From: Candidatus Woesearchaeota archaeon
GTDB lineage: Archaea > Nanobdellota > Nanobdellia > SCGC-AAA011-G17 > JACPIM01
Assembly: GCA_965603615.1 (NCBI GenBank)
Contig: CBFDDQ010000003.1
Coordinates: 1 to 32,692, forward strand
Length of the DNA: 32,692 nt
Direction: 5' to 3'
Positions 9,741 to 18,161 of this stretch are shown in pieces (the stretch's first letter is position 1; every line of letters starts with the position of its first letter). The notes under the pieces are model-generated. The model had not been told where the DNA came from, made no database searches, and worked only from the letters and a program-made list of their open reading frames with translations. The translations under genes were made by a program, and so were the position numbers.

Positions 9741-11104
9741 TTCAACAATCTCCTTAAAATCTCCATAACCTTGTCATGAGCAGCAGCACCTTTTGTCTCT
9801 TTCATAACCTGCCCAACCAAGAAATGCAAAGCTTTCTCATTACCAGCCTTATAATCTTCCATAGCTTTAGAATTACTTCCAATAATATCCATGCAAACTT
9901 TCTCAATCTTGCTCTCATCCTGAACAACAATTAATTTTTTCTTCTCAACATAAGAATTAACATCAAATTTCTTAACAATTAATTCATTTAAAATCTTCTT
10001 GCCAACATTCTCAGTTATTTTCTTGCTTTCAATTAACTTTAACAAATCAATTAATTCCTTCTCACCAATTTTCAAATCAGTAGTTCCTAACTTATTAAAA
10101 TTCAAAACTCTAATTAATTCTTCCTTTAACCATCTCAAAGCTAACTTACTATCAACTTTTTTAGCAACCTTCTCAAACAAACTTCCCAAAATAAAATCAC
10201 TTGTTATAATCTCAGCATCTTTCTTGTCAATCTTAAATTCCTTAACAAACCTCAAAGCTTTCTTATCAGGTCCTTCTGGTAATTCTTTTTTCAATTTTTC
10301 AATTTCATTATCCTCAATATAAACAACAGGTAAATCAGGTTCTGGTATAAACCTATAATCCTCAGCCTGCTCCTTGCTCCTCATAGAATAAGTTTTCTTG
10401 CTCTTCTCATCAAACATTCTGGTTTCCTGAACAGCACCTTCCTCTAATTGTCTTCTAGTCTCATACTCAATTGCACGAACAATACTCCAGATAGAATTAA
10501 TATTTTTAACCTCAACTTTCTCCCCATTATTCACATCAACATTTACATCTGATTTAATTCCAGCTTTTGTATCTAATATATCAATATAACCAAGCATAGC
10601 AATTAACTTATGCAGCCACTCTCTAACCTGCTCAGCAGATTCAAAATCAGGCTCAGTAACTAATTCAACTAAACACATCCCAGATCTATTATAATCTACT
10701 CTGCCAGTCTCAGGATTCCAGCGAGCAGGATCTTCTTCTAAATGTACATCTCTAATCCTTATCCCCAAAAACTCACCTTCATAACCAATAGGTAAACTAT
10801 AACTTCCAGACACAGTTCTCTGATAACCAGAAGGTAAATCAGGCCAGTCATAATGCTTTCTCTGAAATACAAATTTTTTATTTATTTTGCAGTTTAACAT
10901 CAAAGCTAATTTTATTATTTTATTCAGAGCAGCTTTGTTAGGTAGCATTGGCTTGGAACCTGGCAAACTTAAACAAACAGGACAAATATTAGTATTCGGT
11001 TTTATATCTTGATAATTAGTTCCACATTTACAAAAAAGTTTTTCTTTAGTTAAAATATACATATGATTTTCTAATCCTATTTTCACATTAACCAATATCT
11101 TCAA
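9737..11104 (-). CDS. gatB: Asp-tRNA(Asn)/Glu-tRNA(Gln) amidotransferase subunit B
   Basis: IGLENH, KLFC, CPVCLSLPGS, HLEED, DYNRSG, ELVTEPD, MRSKE, DYRFIPEPDLP, Yqey tail. Confidence 0.96.
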   Translation of the reverse strand: MKILVNVKIGLENHMYILTKEKLFCKCGTNYQDIKPNTNICPVCLSLPGSKPMLPNKAALNKIIKLALMLNCKINKKFVFQRKHYDWPDLPSGYQRTVSGSYSLPIGYEGEFLGIRIRDVHLEEDPARWNPETGRVDYNRSGMCLVELVTEPDFESAEQVREWLHKLIAMLGYIDILDTKAGIKSDVNVDVNNGEKVEVKNINSIWSIVRAIEYETRRQLEEGAVQETRMFDEKSKKTYSMRSKEQAEDYRFIPEPDLPVVYIEDNEIEKLKKELPEGPDKKALRFVKEFKIDKKDAEIITSDFILGSLFEKVAKKVDSKLALRWLKEELIRVLNFNKLGTTDLKIGEKELIDLLKLIESKKITENVGKKILNELIVKKFDVNSYVEKKKLIVVQDESKIEKVCMDIIGSNSKAMEDYKAGNEKALHFLVGQVMKETKGAAAHDKVMEILRRLLK

Positions 11105-12368
11105 CCCCTTTCAAAAAACTAAATAAAGTATCTTCTCTAAAACTATCACACATAACCTGCAGCCCAACAGGTATTCCATCAATTTCGCCAGCATTTATAA
11201 CACCAGCACATATACCAGATAAATTAGCAGGAATAGTTAAAGCATCATAAGCATACATCTCTTCAACAGATATATTTTCACCAATCTTATGAGGTAGCTT
11301 AGGAACAGCAGGACTTAAAATTACATCAACTTTCTTAAATGCATCTTTTAATTCTTTACAAATAATTTCTTTAGCATTCAAAGCTTTCCTATAATAAGTT
11401 CCTTTATACTCAGCTTTACAAATTTCTGAACCACCTAAAATTCTTCTAAAAACCTCAGGACCGCAAACATCCTCAATCTTAAGACCATATTTACGGCCAT
11501 CAAATTTCCTAGTTCCAGAAAAAAACTCAACATAAACAAGTAAATAATAAGTTTGCACAGCTAAATCAACATGCTTCAAATCAACTTTAACAATTTCCAA
11601 ATCATACTTTTTCTCCAGCTCAAAAATTTTATTTTCAATTAACTGCCTTATCCTCTCATCAGTGCAAAGCTTCATTAAATCCTCACTAATCCCAACTTTC
11701 AATTTATTAATACTTTTAAACTTAGTATAATCAGGAACTTTTTCATCAAAAGTAGTTGCATCATTCTCACTATAACCAGAAATTACATTCATAACTTTTG
11801 CAGCATCTATAACTTTCTTGGCAAAAACACCAATCTGGTCTAAACTCATTGATAAATCAATTAAGCCAAAACGAGAAACTCTTCCATAACTTGGTTTAAT
11901 ACCTATAACACCGCAGTGTGAAGCAGGATTTCTAATTGAACCACCAGTATCACTTCCTAAACTAACATCACAATAACCAGCAGCAACTGCAGCAGCACTT
12001 CCAGAACTTGAACCACCAGGAACTCTGCCTTCAGCAGCAGGATTTTTAGTTGGCTTAAAATATGAAGTTTCACCAGAACTGCCACAACAAAATTCATCTT
12101 GATTAGTCATCCCAATTATAGCTCCGCCTTCATCTTTAATTCTCTTAATAACATCAGCATCATAAGGAGCTCTGAAATTTTCCAAAGTTTTAGAACCGCA
12201 GGTAGTTAACATTCCTTTCACACAAATAGCAGATTTTACTCCAAAAACTAAACTATTTAATTTCCCTTTACCAAATTTAGCTCCTTTATTTATTTCAATA
12301 AAAGCATTTATTTTTTTATCTTCTTTTTCTATTTTCCACAATAGTTGTTTTATCTTTTCTGTAGACAT
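11088..12368 (-). CDS. gatA: Asp-tRNA(Asn)/Glu-tRNA(Gln) amidotransferase subunit A
   Basis: Amidase signature GGSSSGSAAAVA, LGSDTGGSIRNPAS, KPSYGRVSRFG; coupled to gatB. Confidence 0.95.
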   Translation of the reverse strand: MSTEKIKQLLWKIEKEDKKINAFIEINKGAKFGKGKLNSLVFGVKSAICVKGMLTTCGSKTLENFRAPYDADVIKRIKDEGGAIIGMTNQDEFCCGSSGETSYFKPTKNPAAEGRVPGGSSSGSAAAVAAGYCDVSLGSDTGGSIRNPASHCGVIGIKPSYGRVSRFGLIDLSMSLDQIGVFAKKVIDAAKVMNVISGYSENDATTFDEKVPDYTKFKSINKLKVGISEDLMKLCTDERIRQLIENKIFELEKKYDLEIVKVDLKHVDLAVQTYYLLVYVEFFSGTRKFDGRKYGLKIEDVCGPEVFRRILGGSEICKAEYKGTYYRKALNAKEIICKELKDAFKKVDVILSPAVPKLPHKIGENISVEEMYAYDALTIPANLSGICAGVINAGEIDGIPVGLQVMCDSFREDTLFSFLKGVEDIG

Positions 12369-13452
12369 TTTCTAATAAAGAAATATGCTCTTTTGGTATA
12401 TAAAGATAAGGATTTTTATTTAAAAGCTTACAAGCAAAATATACATAAACCATCCTAATTTTACCAAAATAAGATTTATAAGTCCAAGATTCAATAGTCC
12501 CTAAAGAGTTAACATAAGGATAAAAGTTCAGTTTTTCTAACAATTCTTTATCCTTCTTTTTAGTTCTTAATTCTCTAAATAAATTCTTTATATCATTGTT
12601 TAATTTAACTGTTAATTTGCCTACAAAATCTTTAGATATAATTACTTTCTCACATTTATTTTTTCTTTTGAGATTATGTAAATAAGAAATTATTTTATTA
12701 TAAAATAGAATAGAATTCTCAAAACCAGAAGTTTGTAAAGTCAATCTCCCATCTTTTCTTTTAAATAAATGAGATTTTATTCTTAATTTTTCTAAAATAT
12801 TTCTACATTGTTTAACAAATATATGAGAGTTCATTGATATACAAAAATTCATATGATCTAAAAAACCATTTTTTAAATAATAAGTTTGAGAATAACCATC
12901 TCCATCAAATACACCAGCAATAAACCTACTTAATATTTTCTCATCATTAGAATTATAAATCTGCTTAGGCACTTCTACAGTTCTGATTTTATTTCCTAGA
13001 AATAATCCATAATAAAAGTGCAATACATATCTTAAAGGATTAGAGCGTAATCTAGCTTCTTTACCATTAAAACCCAGACTAAGATTAGTTGAAAATTCTT
13101 CATTTATTACATCAAAATAAGGTATAATAGTTTTTTTATCCTTTTGACATAAACAAACAGTTGCCTCAGTAGAGAGTATAGAACCATCAGTACAAATAAA
13201 ACCCAATAATTGAGCAATATCAGGAGTAATTTCTTTTTTAAATTTTAAAGATTTACCAGATCTACCTCTTAAGTATAGACCATCTAAAAAATCCCATTTC
13301 TCAGAAGAATTAAGTTCTAAATAATCTAAATTAATTAATCTTTTAGCCCTAGAAAAGAAAAGTAATTCTTTATTCCCAATTTCTCTCAATCTATCTATTA
13401 CAATAGGGGTTCTCTCAACATATAAAGAAGGTAAATATATCTTACTTTTCAT
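12316..13452 (-). CDS. Free-standing double-motif LAGLIDADG endonuclease-like protein (378 aa)
   Basis: Motifs IAQLLGFICTDG and FIAGVFDGDG; ATG 13452 lies 22 nt after TTTATAAA; no intein splice termini; 3' end overlaps gatA by 53 nt. Confidence 0.88.
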   Translation of the reverse strand: MKSKIYLPSLYVERTPIVIDRLREIGNKELLFFSRAKRLINLDYLELNSSEKWDFLDGLYLRGRSGKSLKFKKEITPDIAQLLGFICTDGSILSTEATVCLCQKDKKTIIPYFDVINEEFSTNLSLGFNGKEARLRSNPLRYVLHFYYGLFLGNKIRTVEVPKQIYNSNDEKILSRFIAGVFDGDGYSQTYYLKNGFLDHMNFCISMNSHIFVKQCRNILEKLRIKSHLFKRKDGRLTLQTSGFENSILFYNKIISYLHNLKRKNKCEKVIISKDFVGKLTVKLNNDIKNLFRELRTKKKDKELLEKLNFYPYVNSLGTIESWTYKSYFGKIRMVYVYFACKLLNKNPYLYIPKEHISLLENVYRKDKTTIVENRKRR

Positions 13453-13473
13453 AAAATAAATTAAGAAAAATTC

Positions 13474-13532
13474 CTTTATAAACCTGGCGCGGGTGGTTGT
13501 CAAGTGTGCCAGTTTAATGGAAAATATATATT
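13474..13532 (-). repeat. Conserved 59-bp hairpin element upstream of LAGLIDADG gene 1 (copy 1)
   Basis: Reverse complement aatatatattttccattaaactggcacacttgacaaccacccgcgccaggtttataaag matches 30361-30419 at 51/59 with no gaps. Confidence 0.9.
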
Positions 13533-13688
13533 ACAGAACAATATTAACTAAAATTTATTACTAAATTATCTATTTTGTGATATAGATATTGATACCATAA
13601 GTTTATAAATACTAAATATACATTAAAATAATAACAAAATAGAGGAGTAATATATAAATTGGTTAAAAAATCTAATAAAAATTATATA

Positions 13689-13889
13689 ATGGAAATTAGA
13701 AAGTAAAAAAGTCTTTATTTAGTATTAATATTACTTCTATCTGTCTCTATATTCTTTAATTTTGGTGTTAAAGAAGGTTATATCTCTGGTCATATAACTA
13801 TTGATTTTATAACTAAAACTAGTTATGGGGGTGCTTTTTTAGTATTAATTCTGATCTATATAGTCTATCTTTATTTAAAAGATAAATAA
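13689..13889 (+). pseudogene. Small two-TM membrane protein gene with in-frame TAA at codon 6
   Basis: MEIRK*KSLYLVLILLLSVSIFFNFG...GGAFLVLILIYIVYLYLKDK*; TATA-like TATATAAA ~30 nt upstream. Confidence 0.5.
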
Positions 13890-13891
13890 AC

Positions 13892-14146
13892 TTACCATTT
13901 CTTTTTCTCAGCTAAAACAAAATCTCCGTCTTTTTTAGGAACATTCTCAAAAAACAATTTTCTAAATTCTTTGTCACAAGAAATTTTACTTTCCTCTCTA
14001 ACTTGTTTATCTCTCTCAACACCAGAAAGTAATTTCTTATCCTCTATACCTTCTAAAGCTCCAGAAAAATTATCTAATATCTTCTTTGCCTCTTTCTTAA
14101 TCTCATTCTTTAAATTCTCATCTACTTTCTTCCATATAAAACTCAT
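13892..14146 (-). CDS. gatC: Amidotransferase subunit C
   Basis: 84 aa, EIKKEAKKILDNF...VREE...FFENVPKKDGDFVLAEK pattern; upstream of gatAB on the same strand. Confidence 0.75.
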   Translation of the reverse strand: MSFIWKKVDENLKNEIKKEAKKILDNFSGALEGIEDKKLLSGVERDKQVREESKISCDKEFRKLFFENVPKKDGDFVLAEKKKW

Positions 14147-14256
14147 ATGTATTTAAAAGACAGATAAGATATTTAAAGGTTATTGAGCTAAAAAACAATA
14201 TAGTATAACTAATTATTATTTATATAATATAAGTTGTTGAAATACATTTTTTTATC

Positions 14257-15187
14257 TGTGATGTCCCATAATTAGTATACACTTTTATTGTCTAATCAAT
14301 ATCTTTCTTTCTGGTGATATTTATGTTAAACTATCAGAAAAGATTATGGATGATTAAACAATATAATAAAGGACTATCTGTTGCATATATTTGCAGAGCA
14401 CAAAAAGTAACAAGAAAAGTATTCTACACTCTAAAAGAAGTTTATGATAAATATGGTTTATCAGCTTTGCAAGATAAACAAGTAGGAAGACCAAAACAAG
14501 ATATCCCTAAAGACATAACAAACTTAGTACTAAAAACAAAGAAACAAACAGGATTTGGAGTAAGAAAAATAGAAGGCATACTTGGTCTAAAAGGAATCCA
14601 CATCCCTCACAATAAGATTCATAAAATTCTAAGTAAAGCAAATTTAGTAGAACACAACCCAAAGAAAGGAAAAAGATATCACTACATTAGATGGGAAAGA
14701 AATCACTCTAATTCCCTATGGCAGACTGATTTCTGCTGGGTTTCTAAGCTGGATTGCTGGCTTTGCGGATGGTTAGATGATCATTCAAGATTTATTACAT
14801 CAGCAGATTATATAACAGAAGCTACAACAGATGAAGCTATTAGAATATTTGAAAAAGGAGCTAAAAAGCATGGTTATCCAAGACAAACATTGTCAGACAG
14901 AGGAGCACAATTTTATGCTAATTTAGGAGAAACATGCAGGTTCTTAGAGTATATGAAAAGTAAAAAAGTAGGGCATATTTATGCTTCTATTAGGAAGCCA
15001 ACTACTTGTGGAAAATTAGAAAGATTCTGGGGTACACATAATAGAGAGAGATGGAATTTTACTAGTTTGAGAAAGTTCTTGAATTATTATAATTATAAAA
15101 GACCACACATGAGTTTGAGTTGGTACACACCTCATGCTGTGTATATGAGAGATATGAAATAGTGTATACCTATTTCAGGACATCACA
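14257..15187 (+). mobile_element. Complete IS481-family insertion sequence (931 bp)
   Basis: TGT...ACA ends; 26-bp imperfect IRs TGTGATGTCCCATAATTAGTATACAC / rc TGTGATGTCCTGAAATAGGTATACAC; flanking direct repeats AATACAT7ATC (14241-14256) and AATACAT6ATC (15188-15202). Confidence 0.92.
14314..15162 (+). CDS. IS481-family DDE transposase (start GTG 14314 or ATG 14323)
   Basis: N-terminal HTH, GRP, LWQTD, LDDHSRF, LSDRGAQF, GKLERFW, YNYKRPHMSL..TP. Confidence 0.93.
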   Translation: MIFMLNYQKRLWMIKQYNKGLSVAYICRAQKVTRKVFYTLKEVYDKYGLSALQDKQVGRPKQDIPKDITNLVLKTKKQTGFGVRKIEGILGLKGIHIPHNKIHKILSKANLVEHNPKKGKRYHYIRWERNHSNSLWQTDFCWVSKLDCWLCGWLDDHSRFITSADYITEATTDEAIRIFEKGAKKHGYPRQTLSDRGAQFYANLGETCRFLEYMKSKKVGHIYASIRKPTTCGKLERFWGTHNRERWNFTSLRKFLNYYNYKRPHMSLSWYTPHAVYMRDMK

Positions 15188-15280
15188 AATACATTTTTTA
15201 TCCAAAACATTTATAAATGAAATACTCATTAATAGAAGATGGATAAAATTCGGATAGTAAGATATTAGGAGTTTTAAAAA

Positions 15281-15457
15281 ATGAAAAAATACAAAGAAAA
15301 AAGAACTAAACTTTACGGGCTTATTGAAGGCATACTTGGTAAACATAAAATTAATAAGAATGTAAAAGAAGTAATAAAAATGGTTCCAAAAGAAGTAATG
15401 GATAAATGTTCAGTATTTGGAAATTCCATCCGTGGCTTTAGTGCTTGTGATGGATAA
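15281..15457 (+). CDS. 58-aa peptide, candidate substrate/precursor for the adjacent ThiF-like enzyme
   Basis: AGGAG upstream; MKKYKEKRTKLYGLIEGILGKHKINKNVKEVIKMVPKEVMDKCSVFGNSIRGFSACDG*; below the ORF-track cut-off. Confidence 0.6.
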   Translation: MKKYKEKRTKLYGLIEGILGKHKINKNVKEVIKMVPKEVMDKCSVFGNSIRGFSACDG

Positions 15458-15491
15458 TTTAGTTTTTTAATTTATTCTTTGTTTTAAGAAA

Positions 15492-16253
15492 ATGTTAAAT
15501 TTTGATTTTAAAGATAGTGAATATAATAGACAGGAACAGATGCCAGAATGGGGAAACAAAAGACAGGATCTCTTAAAAAAAGCTACTGTTGCTTGTGTTG
15601 GTAGTGGAGGAGTAAAGTCAACGCTTCTTATAGCTCTTGCTGCAGCAGGGATTGGTACTATTAGAATAATTGAATTTGATAAAGTAGAATTATCAAACAT
15701 TAATCGTCAAACTTTGTTTACTACAAAAGATATAGGTAAACCAAAAGGGTTACAAGCACAAAATTTGTTAATAAGGATCAATCCAAAAATTAATGTAGAG
15801 TGGATTAATGAGAAAATAACCTCAAAAAATATAAATAGATTATTAGAGGGTTTTGAGTTTATTATTGAAGGAGGTGAAAGTCCTGCAGGTAGGAATCTTA
15901 TAAATGAATATTGTCTTAAAACTAAAAAACCAATGGTCCATGCCAGTGCTCAGTTTAGTTATGGATATGTTTTTTCTATGTTACCAAAGAAAAAGACTGC
16001 CTGTTTTGCATGTTTATTCCCTAAAAACCATACAAGAACTAAACATACCGGTGCAGTACCTATTTGGGTATGTCCTGTACAAATAGCAGGATCGCTTGGA
16101 GCTGTGGAAGTTATAAAATATTTTCTTGGTTATGAAAAGAATATGGTAGTTAATAAACAATTGGTATTTAGTTCTCTTTTATTAAGTGAAAAATTTGAAT
16201 ATATTTCTATTCCAAGGAAAAAGAATTGTCCAGTATGTAGCAAATATTACTAA
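15492..16253 (+). CDS. ThiF/MoeB/HesA (E1-like) adenylyltransferase
   Basis: YNRQ, VGSGGV nucleotide loop, DKVELSNINRQ, GKPK, CFAC and CPVC zinc ligands. Confidence 0.9.
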   Translation: MLNFDFKDSEYNRQEQMPEWGNKRQDLLKKATVACVGSGGVKSTLLIALAAAGIGTIRIIEFDKVELSNINRQTLFTTKDIGKPKGLQAQNLLIRINPKINVEWINEKITSKNINRLLEGFEFIIEGGESPAGRNLINEYCLKTKKPMVHASAQFSYGYVFSMLPKKKTACFACLFPKNHTRTKHTGAVPIWVCPVQIAGSLGAVEVIKYFLGYEKNMVVNKQLVFSSLLLSEKFEYISIPRKKNCPVCSKYY

Positions 16254-17551
16254 GGAGTTAATCTTCCAGTATCTCTAGGTAAGAACGTAACCTCTCTAAC
16301 ATTTTTTATATCTAACATCAACATTAAAAACCTTGTAGGACTAACAGCAAAACCCCCATGAGGAGGACAACCATACCTAAAGAAATTCAAATAATCCTTG
16401 ATTAACTTTAAATTAATTTTCTTATCAATGGCTTGTTTCTTAAGAATATCATGCCTATGTTCTCTTTGTGCCCCTGTAGTAACTTCTGTACCTCTCCAAA
16501 TTAAATCAAAACTCTTTGTAATATCCTTTGATTTTTTCATATGATAAAAAGGTCTTGCACTCCAAGGATACTCTGTGACAAAAACAAATTCATGTTTAAA
16601 CTTTTTCTTTATTAAACTAGCTAAAATTTTTTCTCCATCTGCATCCAAATCATCTTTAGGTCCTTTATAACCTTGTTTTCTTACTAATTTTTGAGCTTCA
16701 CTCATAGTCAACCTAGGAAATGGAAGTTTAGGAATAATAACATCACTACCAAAAACATCTTTAATTTCTTTTCCATATTCTTCTTTAATTCTTTTAAGAA
16801 AATAATTAATCCATTCTTCTTCAACCTTCATTACATCTTCATGAGAATCAATATAAGACACTTCCATATCTATCATAGTAAACTCTGTATCATGTCTAAC
16901 AGTATGTGAAGGATTTGCTCTAAACACAGGTCCTATTTCAAATATTTTTTCAAAACCAGAAGCCATTGCCATCTGCTTATAAAATTGAGGGCTTTGAGCC
17001 AAATATGCAGTTTTACCAAAATATTTTACACTAAATAATTCTGCACCACTCTCACTTGGAGAAGGCATAAACTTAGGGCTATAAATTTGTATAAATTCAT
17101 TTTTATCCCACCATTCTCTCATTGCTTTTTCCATAAAGGTCCATATTTTAAATATTAACAAATTTTTAGGTTTTCTTAATTCAAGCCATCTCCAATCTAA
17201 TTTCTTTGGAAGAGAAACTACCTCTTTTCCTTTTTCAACAACAGAAATTGGCAAAGGAGAAGTAGCTTCAGACAAAACTTCATATTTACTTATACTGATC
17301 TCAATTCCACCAGGAGCTTGTTTCTCTTTTTTAACATTGCCATCCACAATTAAAACACTCTCTCGTGGTATTTTTGTAATCTCATTAAAAATCTTTTTTT
17401 GTACTGGTTTAATAACACATTGAATAATTCCTGTTACATCCCTAATTAAAATAAATTTAACTTTACTTTGGTCTCTAATTTCATGTATAAAACCTTCAAT
17501 TTTAACACTTTTACCAATACTCTTTTTTACATCTTTAATATAAGTCCTCAT
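16250..17551 (-). CDS. aspS: Aspartate--tRNA(Asp/Asn) ligase, archaeal non-discriminating type
   Basis: OB fold, ESGAELF, YLAQSPQFYKQ, GPVFRA, GAQREH, GCPPHGG, FLPRD; His in GFIHEIR and Pro in QAPGG are the ND signature positions. Confidence 0.95.
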   Translation of the reverse strand: MRTYIKDVKKSIGKSVKIEGFIHEIRDQSKVKFILIRDVTGIIQCVIKPVQKKIFNEITKIPRESVLIVDGNVKKEKQAPGGIEISISKYEVLSEATSPLPISVVEKGKEVVSLPKKLDWRWLELRKPKNLLIFKIWTFMEKAMREWWDKNEFIQIYSPKFMPSPSESGAELFSVKYFGKTAYLAQSPQFYKQMAMASGFEKIFEIGPVFRANPSHTVRHDTEFTMIDMEVSYIDSHEDVMKVEEEWINYFLKRIKEEYGKEIKDVFGSDVIIPKLPFPRLTMSEAQKLVRKQGYKGPKDDLDADGEKILASLIKKKFKHEFVFVTEYPWSARPFYHMKKSKDITKSFDLIWRGTEVTTGAQREHRHDILKKQAIDKKINLKLIKDYLNFFRYGCPPHGGFAVSPTRFLMLMLDIKNVREVTFLPRDTGRLTP

Positions 17552-17631
17552 AATTAATACAAAATCCCATTTTATTTATAAAGATTTGGGTTAAAAACAC
17601 TATAATTTAATATATAATTCTTAGACAACAA

Positions 17632-18042
17632 ATGAATTTAAAGGATATACTCCAAATTTATAATATGAGTATTTTATTTATAGAAATTATAATTTCAATA
17701 ATTTTAATATTTTTAATAATTAAATGTGAATGGATAATTAAGACAATAAGGGAAATATGTAAAGAACCAGAAGGGTATATTAAACTTATACAAACAACTT
17801 TCTTTTTATTTGCCATAATCAGTTTTAGTATACTTTTATTTTATTTTATAATAAAACCAAATTCAACAGATAAGTTAGATATATTCCTAACAATAATAGT
17901 TGGATTTTTAGGAACAATGATTGGTTTCTTTTTTAGTGACAGAGCAATGGAAAAAATTTCAAAAGACATAAAAGGAGGATTATTAGATTATCTTGATAAA
18001 ACAACACATTTTTTAAAAGAAGTTAAAAAGAAGAAAAATTAA
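17632..18042 (+). CDS. Hypothetical membrane protein (3 TM)
   Basis: Three hydrophobic segments, IVGFLGTMIGFFF. Confidence 0.65.
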   Translation: MNLKDILQIYNMSILFIEIIISIILIFLIIKCEWIIKTIREICKEPEGYIKLIQTTFFLFAIISFSILLFYFIIKPNSTDKLDIFLTIIVGFLGTMIGFFFSDRAMEKISKDIKGGLLDYLDKTTHFLKEVKKKKN

Positions 18043-18128
18043 TATGAAGGAATAGCTTTTACTTTTTCTTTTAATTGTTCTCCCAATTCCAAAAGTTCAT
18101 CAATTTCCTTTAATTCATCATCAGACAT
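18039..18128 (-). CDS. 29-aa acidic small protein
   Basis: GAGGT SD 8 nt before ATG; MSDDELKEIDELLELGEQLKEKVKAIPSY*. Confidence 0.4.
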   Translation of the reverse strand: MSDDELKEIDELLELGEQLKEKVKAIPSY

Positions 18129-18161
18129 TTAGTTAACCTCTATTTAATCAATAAAAAGCCT

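Noticed and set aside
12316-13452. LAGLIDADG genes as inteins or intron-encoded ORFs
   Set aside because: No Cys/Ser start or His-Asn end, no flanking exteins; gatA, gatC and the tRNAs are each complete, and no group I core is visible
13484-13495. CACCCGCGCCA in the element as a tRNA 3' end / att site
   Set aside because: No T-loop upstream, no match to the tRNAs in the window, and no integrase nearby
13453-13503. TTG start at 13503 extending the endonuclease
   Set aside because: It would run through the conserved element and TATA box; ATG 13452 matches the spacing at the second copy
13704-13706. Stop-codon reassignment
   Set aside because: Single case; TAA, TAG and TGA all terminate conserved genes at expected positions
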